The notes: generated by a model not told the origin, from the sequence alone. A stretch of DNA of 41,598 nucleotides from Christensenella sp. UBA941 (GCA_002293365.1 DBDD01000334.1:1-41598), one strand, 5' to 3'. Counted from the first letter of the stretch, positions 32,831 through 40,930 are shown. Program-made: numbers and translations.

Positions 32831-33001
32831 TTACCTGTCCTCCAATAACCGATAGTAAAAACTCAACGTCCCATTCTTCAATACGGCATCACCAAAAATG
32901 CCCTGATCCACAACCTCGCTGATTATGTACGGGCCGTGATCGTCCTCGCCGTCTGGCGCGTCCCAGTTCGGGTCAAAATCATAGACCTTTGCGCGGGTCA
33001 T
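32831..33001 (-). CDS. small hypothetical protein (56 aa), paralogue of 33820..34014
   Basis: Below the ORF-track cutoff. ATGA overlap. MTRAKVYDFDPNWDAPDGEDDHGPYI...LKNGTLSFYYRLLEDR aligns with MTRAVVYDFDDNKEFADGVDVHGAYV...LKNGQLSRFYELLDRE. Confidence 0.5.
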   Translation of the reverse strand: MTRAKVYDFDPNWDAPDGEDDHGPYIISEVVDQGIFGDAVLKNGTLSFYYRLLEDR

Positions 33002-33225
33002 ATCCCATACCCCTCCCGCTTAATCGCATCTATAACCTCTCTGGTACAGAAAAGCGTATTGCCCACGACATAAGCCTCTCCCGGCGAACGCGGAACGGCG
33101 GCATAACCGTAACGCTTGCGCCACTTCTTGTCTATCCGCGCTCTCCTGTGGCGGCGGCGCTGGACGTAATCAACGTGCGGCTGGATTTCGATGATTCGTA
33201 TGCCGCCGAGATAGTGGGTGGTCAT
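32998..33225 (-). CDS. hypothetical protein
   Basis: ATG at 33225 (ATGA overlap). The track ORF extends to 33270. Confidence 0.55.
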   Translation of the reverse strand: MTTHYLGGIRIIEIQPHVDYVQRRRHRRARIDKKWRKRYGYAAVPRSPGEAYVVGNTLFCTREVIDAIKREGYGI

Positions 33226-33542
33226 GTCTTTGCTGCCCCTTCCGGCTCTACGCCAATCGATCTCAGCCAATCCGGGTTAAGCGGCCCTTCACCCGCTGGC
33301 CCTTGTGGATGATCGCGCACTTGCTTGCCCTTAATACCACAGATATCCGAATATTTGCAGTCCGAGCAGCCGCTTTTATTCCAGCCGGTATTACAGTCAT
33401 GCCAATACTGGTATTCGCGCATATAAACCATCCTGATTTCGTGCGGGCGCTCCTTTTGGCATTCGGAACAAAAGTAAATTGCATCACAGGCGTATGCTTG
33501 CGGCAGTTCCTTTTTGCAAAAATGGCATGTTGCGTTTGACAT
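33222..33542 (-). CDS. Cys-rich hypothetical protein
   Basis: 106 aa with CHFC...CSEC...CSDC motifs. Confidence 0.6.
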   Translation of the reverse strand: MSNATCHFCKKELPQAYACDAIYFCSECQKERPHEIRMVYMREYQYWHDCNTGWNKSGCSDCKYSDICGIKGKQVRDHPQGPAGEGPLNPDWLRSIGVEPEGAAKT

Positions 33543-33551
33543 AACGACCTC

Positions 33552-33836
33552 CTAAAACAATCCGCACCCTAAGAGTTTCACGTCATACGGACGATACAGC
33601 ACAACGGACGCGCTCATTTTCAGCGTCTTCTTTGCCTTATCAAGCATACTAGCCGTCAACTCGCCATCCAGCAGGAATAGCGGGACTTGCCCGACTCCGA
33701 GCGGCGTAGATTCGTACTTTTTGTGCGGCTCCGCAAATTTACGGTACGCGCCGATCATCTTTGAAGCGTTGCCGTAAATCGGAAGGTAGCGGGCGATGTT
33801 CGCGCCGGTAAGCTCGAATTTATCGAAGGAAGTCAT
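33552..33836 (-). CDS. hypothetical protein
   Basis: ATG at 33836 after GGAGGAG. The track ORF extends to 33863. Confidence 0.55.
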   Translation of the reverse strand: MTSFDKFELTGANIARYLPIYGNASKMIGAYRKFAEPHKKYESTPLGVGQVPLFLLDGELTASMLDKAKKTLKMSASVVLYRPYDVKLLGCGLF

Positions 33837-34014
33837 AACGCTCCTCCCTGTCCAGCAGTTCATAAAATCGGCTTAATTGGCCGTTTTTCAGCCTCGCATA
33901 ACCGGTGTGCGGCTCGATATAGTCAATTTCGCGAACGACGTATGCGCCGTGAACATCAACGCCGTCGGCAAACTCTTTGTTATCGTCAAAATCGTAGACT
34001 ACTGCACGGGTCAT
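33820..34014 (-). CDS. small hypothetical protein, paralogue of 32831..33001
   Basis: 64-aa ORF with ATGA overlap. Confidence 0.55.
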   Translation of the reverse strand: MTRAVVYDFDDNKEFADGVDVHGAYVVREIDYIEPHTGYARLKNGQLSRFYELLDREERYDFLR

Positions 34015-34787
34015 AACGCGCCCTCCATCCCCGCCGCATACCCAACCACATCAAACTCCACCGGCGCTTCATCATGCCGCAAATACAGCGGATGGTGCGG
34101 GTGTCCGGCCTTTGAAACAGCGCCTATCCGTATCCACCGCGAATCGTACTTGCCGACAGCGGCGAGAATGTCCTTCAAGCACTCGCGCAAATACGGCCTT
34201 TTTTCGATGATCGTTCCCCACGCCGCCCAGATATCGCACGTATTCAGACTAAAGAACCGCTCTATGCACTCCAAATTGGCCTTGTGAAGCGCGGTGTCCA
34301 TGTGCCGGTGTAGGTCGTTCGGGTTCGGCGCGCGCTGGGGGTATATGTTCAGCATCATCCAGCCCTCATAGCCGTGCATAATCGCCCGCTCCGCGTCCGG
34401 CTTAACCGCGAACGCCAGCCACTTGATGCCGTAATCGGCGTAATCCCATGCGCAACCGTAACCCGGCCAGCCGCAATGAAACGATTCATCCTCTTTCCAA
34501 CCGGCGCATGTGCGGTAGTAGCCCGAAAACGGCTTGGAACGCCATTTGGTCGGATCGAATATCTCAATCCATACCCAGTGCTTTAGCGGTTCGGCGTCGA
34601 AGGATTTTAGCTGGTCGATGGTAAGGGGGATGGTTTCGGCGTCCTCGTAGCTGCACAACCGCTCTTGAACCGTTACGCCGTCGAAGTCTGGATACACGCC
34701 GTAGGCTTCCTCGCCGCAGCGTTCGCATGTGACGGGGTGGATGAATACGGGCTGGCCGGTGTTGTTTCGGGTGGTTAGGCGTTGCAT
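34011..34787 (-). CDS. two-part protein: phage M-x-RLT N-terminal module plus DUF1643-like C-terminal domain
   Basis: C-terminus ...IWAAWGTIIEKRPYL...SKAGHPHHPLYL resembles DUF1643. Confidence 0.55.
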   Translation of the reverse strand: MQRLTTRNNTGQPVFIHPVTCERCGEEAYGVYPDFDGVTVQERLCSYEDAETIPLTIDQLKSFDAEPLKHWVWIEIFDPTKWRSKPFSGYYRTCAGWKEDESFHCGWPGYGCAWDYADYGIKWLAFAVKPDAERAIMHGYEGWMMLNIYPQRAPNPNDLHRHMDTALHKANLECIERFFSLNTCDIWAAWGTIIEKRPYLRECLKDILAAVGKYDSRWIRIGAVSKAGHPHHPLYLRHDEAPVEFDVVGYAAGMEGAL

Positions 34788-35200
34788 GACTTCTTCGCCT
34801 CCCGCTCTCTTAACGCAGATTCGGCCTCGGGGCGGGTCAAGAAGAACGTGCTACCCAGCGAGTTTATCTTCAAGACTACGCTCGACGCTTGCCTTACGCG
34901 CATTTCGTCTACAACTTGAATGTAAGCAACTTTCTTAACGCCAAATCCGATAACTTGCGCCTCGATAACTTCTTCGCGCGGTTGAAAATTTGTTTCTCGC
35001 GGGAAGACGGTTTTTATGCGATATATCGTACTGCCGACTGGACACGGCAACCATACCAACAACCCATCTTCCTTCGCGCTCTCATACGCCGCCAGTTCAT
35101 TAACGGCGGTTCCAGCTAAATCGCCGCCTTCGATTTCGTGAATGAGTGAACGGTCAATGCAGTAGCCGCCGTTGGGAGATTTTTTGGTTAAGCGTGACAT
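34775..35200 (-). CDS. hypothetical protein (M-x-RLT family N-terminus)
   Basis: ATG at 35200 after ACGGAGG. The track ORF extends to 35344. Confidence 0.55.
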   Translation of the reverse strand: MSRLTKKSPNGGYCIDRSLIHEIEGGDLAGTAVNELAAYESAKEDGLLVWLPCPVGSTIYRIKTVFPRETNFQPREEVIEAQVIGFGVKKVAYIQVVDEMRVRQASSVVLKINSLGSTFFLTRPEAESALREREAKKSCNA

Positions 35201-35292
35201 TGGCTTGCCTCCGTTTGGATTGAATAAGGATGGGAACGTGCATTTGCGGCGGCTTGTGGCGTCGGCGTCGTGGAGGGCGATGTGGAGGGCGC

Positions 35293-36078
35293 TCATGCTG
35301 AAATACCGAACAAATCGTAAATCTCGCGCGGAATCTTTCGGCAAGCATTACCGTATAGCGGATTGAACGCATAGCAGACGGAATCCCCGGATTTCAGCCT
35401 TGCGATAATGCTGCACTTAGCCATCCTCGCCAAGCATTCTTGCGCTTTTTTCTCTACAATGCCGAAAAGGGCGGCTATGTCTTTAAGCGTAAACGCTTCA
35501 CCCGACTTCCCGATGATGTTTGTATCCTGCATGATTGTTTCGCGAAGCTTAAAAGCTCTCACAAGGTCGATACCGGCTAAACCCACATCGCACAACCGAT
35601 AAACGTTATTTATCCCGACATACGACCGCCCCTCGTCGATAATCCCGCCGCCGATTTTGTCATTCCAGAACTTCGCGCTAGGAGTGCTTGGCATAATACC
35701 GGCTCTAAGCTTCTCGATCTGCTCATGAACGGCGGGAACGTCCGAAAACCATTCGCCGTGCAAGGCGTGCTCGTCCAATGTCTTGTGCAATGCGCTTTCA
35801 AGCCGCACGCCCCCAATCATAGAGTACAGGATTCGCAACTCATATGGATGGGCCGTTTGCAAACTGCGTAATCGCTTGGGGAGGTTCGTGGTATAGCCTA
35901 TTTTTATTGGGCCTCCGTTAACGGCCTGAATGAAATATACAACGCCTTTGTCGCTTTCCGCTTTATCGTGCGTCGAATCGAAAAGGATTTCGTCTGTCTC
36001 CGGGTCTTTAAGGCGAAAATTGGCGGGCAGTGGCGTAACGTCACCATTTGCCCGAAGGATTTTGTATGTGTTGCTCAT
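35293..36078 (-). CDS. T5orf172 (GIY-YIG-superfamily) domain protein with C-terminal wHTH-like region
   Basis: VVYFIQAVNGGPIKIGYTTNLPKRLRSLQTAHPYELRIL...LHGEWF. ATG at 36078 (ATGA overlap). Confidence 0.7.
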   Translation of the reverse strand: MSNTYKILRANGDVTPLPANFRLKDPETDEILFDSTHDKAESDKGVVYFIQAVNGGPIKIGYTTNLPKRLRSLQTAHPYELRILYSMIGGVRLESALHKTLDEHALHGEWFSDVPAVHEQIEKLRAGIMPSTPSAKFWNDKIGGGIIDEGRSYVGINNVYRLCDVGLAGIDLVRAFKLRETIMQDTNIIGKSGEAFTLKDIAALFGIVEKKAQECLARMAKCSIIARLKSGDSVCYAFNPLYGNACRKIPREIYDLFGISA

Positions 36079-37064
36079 TTGCCGTCCTCCGCTACCCGCT
36101 CGTATCCCTTCTCGCATTCAGCCCGAATGGCAATCCCGTTCTTTTCACATTTGAACAATATCTCGGAAATACTTCTTTGCCCTAAATTGTGAATCCGCGA
36201 AAGCTTTTCTAGGGTGGTGTCTGCAAGTTCCTGCACCGTCTTTATCCCATTCCTTGTAAGGCAGTTATACGACCTGACGGTTAAATCCAAAACCTCTATA
36301 GGATGATTCAACTCGTCGTTCTCGCGTATGCGCTCCTGAACAGCAGAAAACCTCTCTCTCCGCCTCTCTGCTTCAACCGCTAATTCGGCCACACGCCTTT
36401 TTGATTCGATTTCGGCCTCTTCCTTTCTCGCCTTGACAATTTCGGCCTGTACCATGATTCCGTTTTTAAGCATTTCCGCTCTGTCGCGATAACGCAATTT
36501 CCTAAGCGCCTTGGCCTCTATTTGGCGTATACGTTCCCTCGTCAGATTGAATTGCTCCGCCAATTCGTCAAGCGTCGATTCATCTTTCACCCTGCCGATA
36601 ATCACAATTTTTTCGCGCGGAGTAATCGTGTCAAGGACGCGCTCTATCGTTTCTTCAACGTCGTGCGGCATATCATCGTAGTTCTTTTCTCCAAATACGG
36701 CGCAATATAGCGATTCTGGCCAAACCGGTTTGTACTGTATAAATTTGCGCACCCTCGGTTCACCTTTGCTTCTTGGCTCCCTTGCAGCTTTATTGACATG
36801 TCGGCTAAACAGAAGCGACAACCGTTGCTTATCCATGCCAATCTTCTCGGAAATTGCTGATAGCGACGCTCCCTCGATTAACATATTTACCGCCGTAAGA
36901 TGCTTTTCAAGCTCGTCGCGCCATTTCTCCGCATCTTCCCTTGTGATATTGGCCGTTGCATCGAGATATCCGAGAGTTTTCCTGTACTCGCTTATACATT
37001 CGGGACAAACGACCTGCTTATTCCTTGTTGCGGAAAAGGTCACGCCACAATGTAAACATGTCAT
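36075..37064 (-). CDS. multidomain transcription-factor-like protein: Zn ribbon, HTH, sigma-70 region 4 and RpoA alpha-CTD-like domain
   Basis: CLHCG...CPEC. LTPREKIVIIGRV...LAEQFNLTRERIRQIEAKALRKLR is sigma region 4.2-like. IEVLDLTVRSYNCLTRNGIKTVQELADTTLEKLSRIHNLGQRSISEI is alpha-CTD-like. Confidence 0.8.
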   Translation of the reverse strand: MTCLHCGVTFSATRNKQVVCPECISEYRKTLGYLDATANITREDAEKWRDELEKHLTAVNMLIEGASLSAISEKIGMDKQRLSLLFSRHVNKAAREPRSKGEPRVRKFIQYKPVWPESLYCAVFGEKNYDDMPHDVEETIERVLDTITPREKIVIIGRVKDESTLDELAEQFNLTRERIRQIEAKALRKLRYRDRAEMLKNGIMVQAEIVKARKEEAEIESKRRVAELAVEAERRRERFSAVQERIRENDELNHPIEVLDLTVRSYNCLTRNGIKTVQELADTTLEKLSRIHNLGQRSISEILFKCEKNGIAIRAECEKGYERVAEDGK

Positions 37065-37432
37065 GGATTCTTCACTTCCAGTTTGCTTTTTTCCGCCGTC
37101 GCGGCTCCGATCAGCCGCTTAACCTCTTGCTCTTGCTCGTTCAAAGTAATCGCAACGCCGACATTGAATTTAGACATCCACATCTTGCCGCCGCTATTTT
37201 TCCAAACGATGCTGTGATTCACGGCGTAGATGTTTTCCTGACCTGTTTTAAGAACCGATATGAACCCACGATCTTTTAGCGTCTTTATTGCGCGTTTTAT
37301 CGTCGAAGTGCTCACGCCCAAAATCTCGCTCAATGCCTTATGGGAACACATGGCTCCGTTCTTCCTGTCCATCACGTCCCAAAAAACGACTAGCAGCGCC
37401 ATAGACGCGGGTGCTTCGAGCGCCAATCTCAT
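37061..37432 (-). CDS. winged-HTH (HTH_36 / replication-initiator-like) protein
   Basis: CSHKALSEILGVSTSTIKRAIKTLKDRGFISV. The frame stays open 61 codons upstream with no start codon. Confidence 0.7.
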   Translation of the reverse strand: MRLALEAPASMALLVVFWDVMDRKNGAMCSHKALSEILGVSTSTIKRAIKTLKDRGFISVLKTGQENIYAVNHSIVWKNSGGKMWMSKFNVGVAITLNEQEQEVKRLIGAATAEKSKLEVKNP

Positions 37433-37841
37433 AAGCTCGTTCGTTTTGTCGAGGTTGTTTTGGACGAACCGCGAAAACGCGCTCTTGTTATATGCTTTAT
37501 GCGCGGCGGCAGCGGCCTTTTGCGCAAGCCCAAGCTCATCTATCCGCTCGTCGAATGTGCGGCTGTTTGGGTTGCTGGGGTCTTTCGTTTTGCCTACAGT
37601 GATTACGTCCGTCGCTCACAACTCCTTAAAAACAGTGCGTAGGGTAGGCCACGTATTTGGCCTATGCCTAGTTCATCCTGTGACCCGTCGGTTTGCCCGT
37701 TTGGCCCTAAGTTTAGACATTTTCTCACAGGCCGTTCTTTATTATCTTTATGCAACCAGAAATATGGTTTCATTATGACTATTCTAGCACAGCCTAGACG
37801 AAAAAACAAGCCCAAAATACAAGATATAGTATATAATATTT

Positions 37842-37869
37842 CTCATACATACTACATATTGTGTTTCAA
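37842..37869 (-). promoter_or_regulatory. candidate promoter of the long early/middle operon
   Basis: Minus strand reads TTGAAA-16 nt-TATGAG. The spacer begins with CACAATATGT, the recurrent motif. Confidence 0.4.
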
Positions 37870-37919
37870 GCAATCCGCAACCGCTCTCCCTTGTACCCCA
37901 TCACGTGCGAAAGCAGCGG

Positions 37920-38132
37920 CTATCCGAGCGCTAACAGCAGCAGCGCCAGCAGCCATAAATAAGCCGGATTTTTGAAGAACATACAGGCGAATACCGTAAC
38001 TGTCAGCACCGCCAGTACCATGACGATCTGTTTGGCATACTTCGCCACCGTGATCTGCGCAATTGCTTTCGCTTGCGCGTCGGCATGGCCGTTCGCGACT
38101 TGGGCGGCGGGTTCGGGTTTGGGATTATCCAT
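37920..38132 (-). CDS. small membrane protein
   Basis: ATG at 38132 after AAGGAG. Two hydrophobic segments. The track ORF extends to 38240. Confidence 0.55.
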   Translation of the reverse strand: MDNPKPEPAAQVANGHADAQAKAIAQITVAKYAKQIVMVLAVLTVTVFACMFFKNPAYLWLLALLLLALG

Positions 38133-38152
38133 TTTCAAAACTCCTTCTGCAC

Positions 38153-38413
38153 TCAATAATCTCTCGTATATCCCCACTTGCCGCATTTCGGGCAGCAGAC
38201 GCGCCATATGCCTACGCGATGGCCGGAAGCATCGAAGCAATCCAAAACCTCGTTCGCATAAACGTACTCATGGCGGCAAAGCAACTGTTTCAGAAAACGA
38301 TATAGTGAAAGATGCTTTGGCTTTGTTCGGAGCTCGACGTTGCCGACATCGGGAATTGGGTTGCCGTGACGGTCGGTAATAATCATTGGTCTGGAATTGA
38401 AGTTATCGCCCAT
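38153..38413 (-). CDS. hypothetical protein with C-terminal CCPKCG motif
   Basis: 86-aa ORF. Confidence 0.55.
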   Translation of the reverse strand: MGDNFNSRPMIITDRHGNPIPDVGNVELRTKPKHLSLYRFLKQLLCRHEYVYANEVLDCFDASGHRVGIWRVCCPKCGKWGYTRDY

Positions 38414-38455
38414 TTCGAAAGCTCCTTTTTATTTTCTCTCGGATTTTCAGAACCG

Positions 38456-38626
38456 CTACAGCGCGGCCAGCTCGGATTCGAGGGCGGCGATCCGATTCCT
38501 TACGCAAGCCGCCATACCATTGGTTGTCGCGGTCTGGACGTCGTCGCCAATTATTTCAAGCGCAGCACGACTCGCGATGATATTTTTGACAATCTCGACC
38601 GCTTTTTCAAGCGTTTTCTTCGCCAT
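38456..38626 (-). CDS. small helical protein (56 aa)
   Basis: Below the ORF-track cutoff. MAKKTLEKAVEIVKNIIASRAALEIIGDDVQTATTNGMAACVRNRIAALESELAAL. Confidence 0.4.
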   Translation of the reverse strand: MAKKTLEKAVEIVKNIIASRAALEIIGDDVQTATTNGMAACVRNRIAALESELAAL

Positions 38627-38694
38627 TGTGAATACCGCCTTTCAATCCATCGTGAATGATTATGCTTCTTTTTTGTATTTTGCGGCGCTAAAAA

Positions 38695-39261
38695 CTACAC
38701 CGCTCGCTTCTTCGGTCTGCCCTGAATTGGCGCTTTCTCTTTCGTCAGTGCTTCGAGTGGCGTCATTCCGCACTTTTTAACCCTGTATTGCGCCAATTGA
38801 TACGAAATGCCATATTGATCGCACCATTGACACATAGGCTTCGTTTCGCCGTTGATCGTCCATGAAACGCCGTTGCCGTCGTGTAGTTTGTGCCGCGCAT
38901 GAGGCTTGTGGGGTCTATGCTTAACCTTGACTCGCCCTAAGTAGCGCCTGTTTTTGCCGTTCTCGCTTGCTGTTACCCAGTGGCAATTTTCAGGACAGTA
39001 ATTTCCGTCATTATCGCGCCGGTCGAGTTGTTGGTCTTTACGGGTTTTGGAATAATCGTATCCGTAAGAGATAGCCCAGCCCTTGAACGAAAAGAAACTG
39101 TTACGCCATTCATCGCACACTGAAATTCCCCGACCGCCGTAATGGTGGAAATTCGGGCATTTCGGATTGTAGCATCGCTGAATCATCGTATTCCATACGT
39201 GATAAAGCCTGTCTTTATAGCGCTGATACGCCCCTATCTTTGTTGATTCAATCTCGGCCAT
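38695..39261 (-). CDS. HNH_3-type homing-endonuclease-like protein
   Basis: GGRGISVCDEW...LDRRDNDGNYCPENCHWVTASENGKN. Likely ATG at 39261 after AAAGGAG. Paralogue of 18146..18805. Confidence 0.65.
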   Translation of the reverse strand: MAEIESTKIGAYQRYKDRLYHVWNTMIQRCYNPKCPNFHHYGGRGISVCDEWRNSFFSFKGWAISYGYDYSKTRKDQQLDRRDNDGNYCPENCHWVTASENGKNRRYLGRVKVKHRPHKPHARHKLHDGNGVSWTINGETKPMCQWCDQYGISYQLAQYRVKKCGMTPLEALTKEKAPIQGRPKKRAV

Positions 39262-39365
39262 GCGTCTACACGCTCCTTTCATTGCCTAGTTATTATTAGG
39301 CTTTTTATTTTCCCGGCCAGAAAAGTAGCTTACTGGCCTGTGGGGGCGGTTTCCATATATAGGGA

Positions 39366-39410
39366 GGGGTGGGGTATTATTCCATATGAATGCAGTCCAT
39401 ACCCCGCCCC
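39366..39410. repeat. 12-bp GC-rich imperfect palindrome with a 21-nt loop
   Basis: GGGGTGGGGTAT (39366-39377) pairs with ATACCCCGCCCC (39399-39410), with one GU. Flanked by GGCGGGG-type repeats. Confidence 0.6.
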
Positions 39411-39491
39411 GCCAGCCCCGCCGCCCGACTGCATACCCCTGTATAATCATACTTTGCATTAGGGTGGAGTCTATCGCAAAAACCACAGACG

Positions 39492-39513
39492 TAAAAAGCG
39501 CCCCGTTTGGGGC
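39492..39513 (-). terminator. intrinsic terminator after the terS-like gene
   Basis: Minus strand reads GCCCC-AAAC-GGGGC followed by GCTTTTTAC, directly after the stop at 39514. Confidence 0.7.
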
Positions 39514-40122
39514 TTAATCGTCAATGTCGGGCATTCCGTCGCCGATTTGTTTGATGTATGCGGCTCGTTCCTCTGGCGGGCGGGGTTGTCCGAGCGGATC
39601 GAGCGGAGAAAGATTGATATCCTGTATGTCCTTCAAGCCGTCATAATTCTTTTGCCAGAAGATGCCGACAGCCTCTTTAACCTTGCCGTCCACCATCAAT
39701 TGTTCGCGTATTATTGCACAAAAACCCTTCACTTTTTTGATGAAGTCGGCATGTGAAGCGCTCGGCCCTCGCCCTTGTGACCAATCATATGCAATATCTT
39801 TGTCTATACCTAATGCAGCATACGCCGCTAGATTCCCCGGCTTAACATCGTTTTGTATGCACAAATCAATATAGCGCTTGAATCTATCTTCCAGCGCCGA
39901 TATGTTTTTACGGTCTACCTCGCCCCAGCTTATGACCTCGCCCGCCATCCAAGCATAGCGCGCGTTATCTCCCGGCTTTGTCTTGATACCGTTATCCCCT
40001 ATAACCGGGCTAGTAGCGCCGCCATTTCCCCCGGCTCTACTCCCCGGCTTGCTCTTGCTCCCCTTCGGCCTACCCCGGCCCCGCTTAACCGCTTGAATAT
40101 CCGTTATCTTTTGATCATCCAT
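39514..40122 (-). CDS. terminase small subunit-like DNA-binding protein
   Basis: N-terminal AT-hook RGRGRPKG. Core LEDRFKRYIDLCIQNDVKPGNLAAYAALGIDKDIAYDW...FIKKVKGFCAIIREQLMVDGKV...GIFWQKNY resembles TerS (Terminase_2-type). Confidence 0.55.
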   Translation of the reverse strand: MDDQKITDIQAVKRGRGRPKGSKSKPGSRAGGNGGATSPVIGDNGIKTKPGDNARYAWMAGEVISWGEVDRKNISALEDRFKRYIDLCIQNDVKPGNLAAYAALGIDKDIAYDWSQGRGPSASHADFIKKVKGFCAIIREQLMVDGKVKEAVGIFWQKNYDGLKDIQDINLSPLDPLGQPRPPEERAAYIKQIGDGMPDIDD

Positions 40123-40340
40123 TATTCGTCTCCTACTACTCTCGCGAACATCTCGCTTAAAAATTGCCGAACAGTATCGACTGTAAAAGGCTCTGGCGGC
40201 GTGTCGTATACGATCGGCGCTGACATTGCATAACCGGCCTTTAATCCTGCTATCCGCTGCCGTATAACCTCCGCTTCCTCTGGTGTTATCTCCGACACCG
40301 ACGGCGGCGCGTACATCGGCGTTATGTTATCCTTGTCCAT
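40122..40340 (-). CDS. hypothetical protein
   Basis: 72-aa ORF abutting its neighbours. Confidence 0.55.
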   Translation of the reverse strand: MDKDNITPMYAPPSVSEITPEEAEVIRQRIAGLKAGYAMSAPIVYDTPPEPFTVDTVRQFLSEMFARVVGDE

Positions 40341-40343
40341 GCC

Positions 40344-40703
40344 CTACCCCCTTAAATGCTGATGCCCGTAAAAGCCCGGCCCGATTACCGGCGTGATCGG
40401 AAAATGCCCGTGCTGCTCCGGCTCTCGCCCCGGCTCCGGCATTAATCCCGGCGTTCCGGCGTCCTCCGGCCAGTAAAATCCTATATGCGGATTATCTAAA
40501 AACCGCACTTTCCCCGGCTCGACCTCCGCGACTTGCCCGTCCTCGTACTCGACAATCGCGCCGGTCGTATCGTGCGAATTGAAATAATCGTCGGAACGCT
40601 TAACCAGTGTCACGCCCGCGCCCCACCCATGAAACAGCGCCCGCTTGCCGTCCACCTCGCACGGGCGAAGCTCGGCGCTTATTTTTATTCCGCTGCTTGC
40701 CAT
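40344..40703 (-). CDS. hypothetical protein
   Basis: ATG at 40703 after GAGGGA. The track ORF extends to 40811. Confidence 0.55.
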   Translation of the reverse strand: MASSGIKISAELRPCEVDGKRALFHGWGAGVTLVKRSDDYFNSHDTTGAIVEYEDGQVAEVEPGKVRFLDNPHIGFYWPEDAGTPGLMPEPGREPEQHGHFPITPVIGPGFYGHQHLRG

Positions 40704-40705
40704 CT

Positions 40706-40930
40706 TCAATCCCTCAAAAATTCTTCGGTCACAAAAGCCATTTCCCCGGCGACGATTTCCGCGCTGGTCTGGTCGATAGTGATTTTCGCGTGCGGATGAT
40801 ATTCCGCGCATAAAAAATCTATTAACGGTTTTGCCAGCGATTCAAAGCGGCGCTTAATTTCCTCTTTGCGCTTTTCCTCATCCTGCTGCTGTATCCGGCG
40901 CGCTATTTCGCCGTTGATATCCTGTTTCAT
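40706..40930 (-). CDS. first gene of the leftward early operon, hypothetical
   Basis: 74-aa ORF downstream of a TTGTGG-17-TATAAT promoter. Confidence 0.55.
   Translation of the reverse strand: MKQDINGEIARRIQQQDEEKRKEEIKRRFESLAKPLIDFLCAEYHPHAKITIDQTSAEIVAGEMAFVTEEFLRD

Noticed and set aside
39286-39486. 66-aa minus-strand ORF
   Set aside because: It lies immediately downstream of a strong terminator, spans the GC-rich palindrome and has an odd composition with no RBS. It is treated as non-coding.
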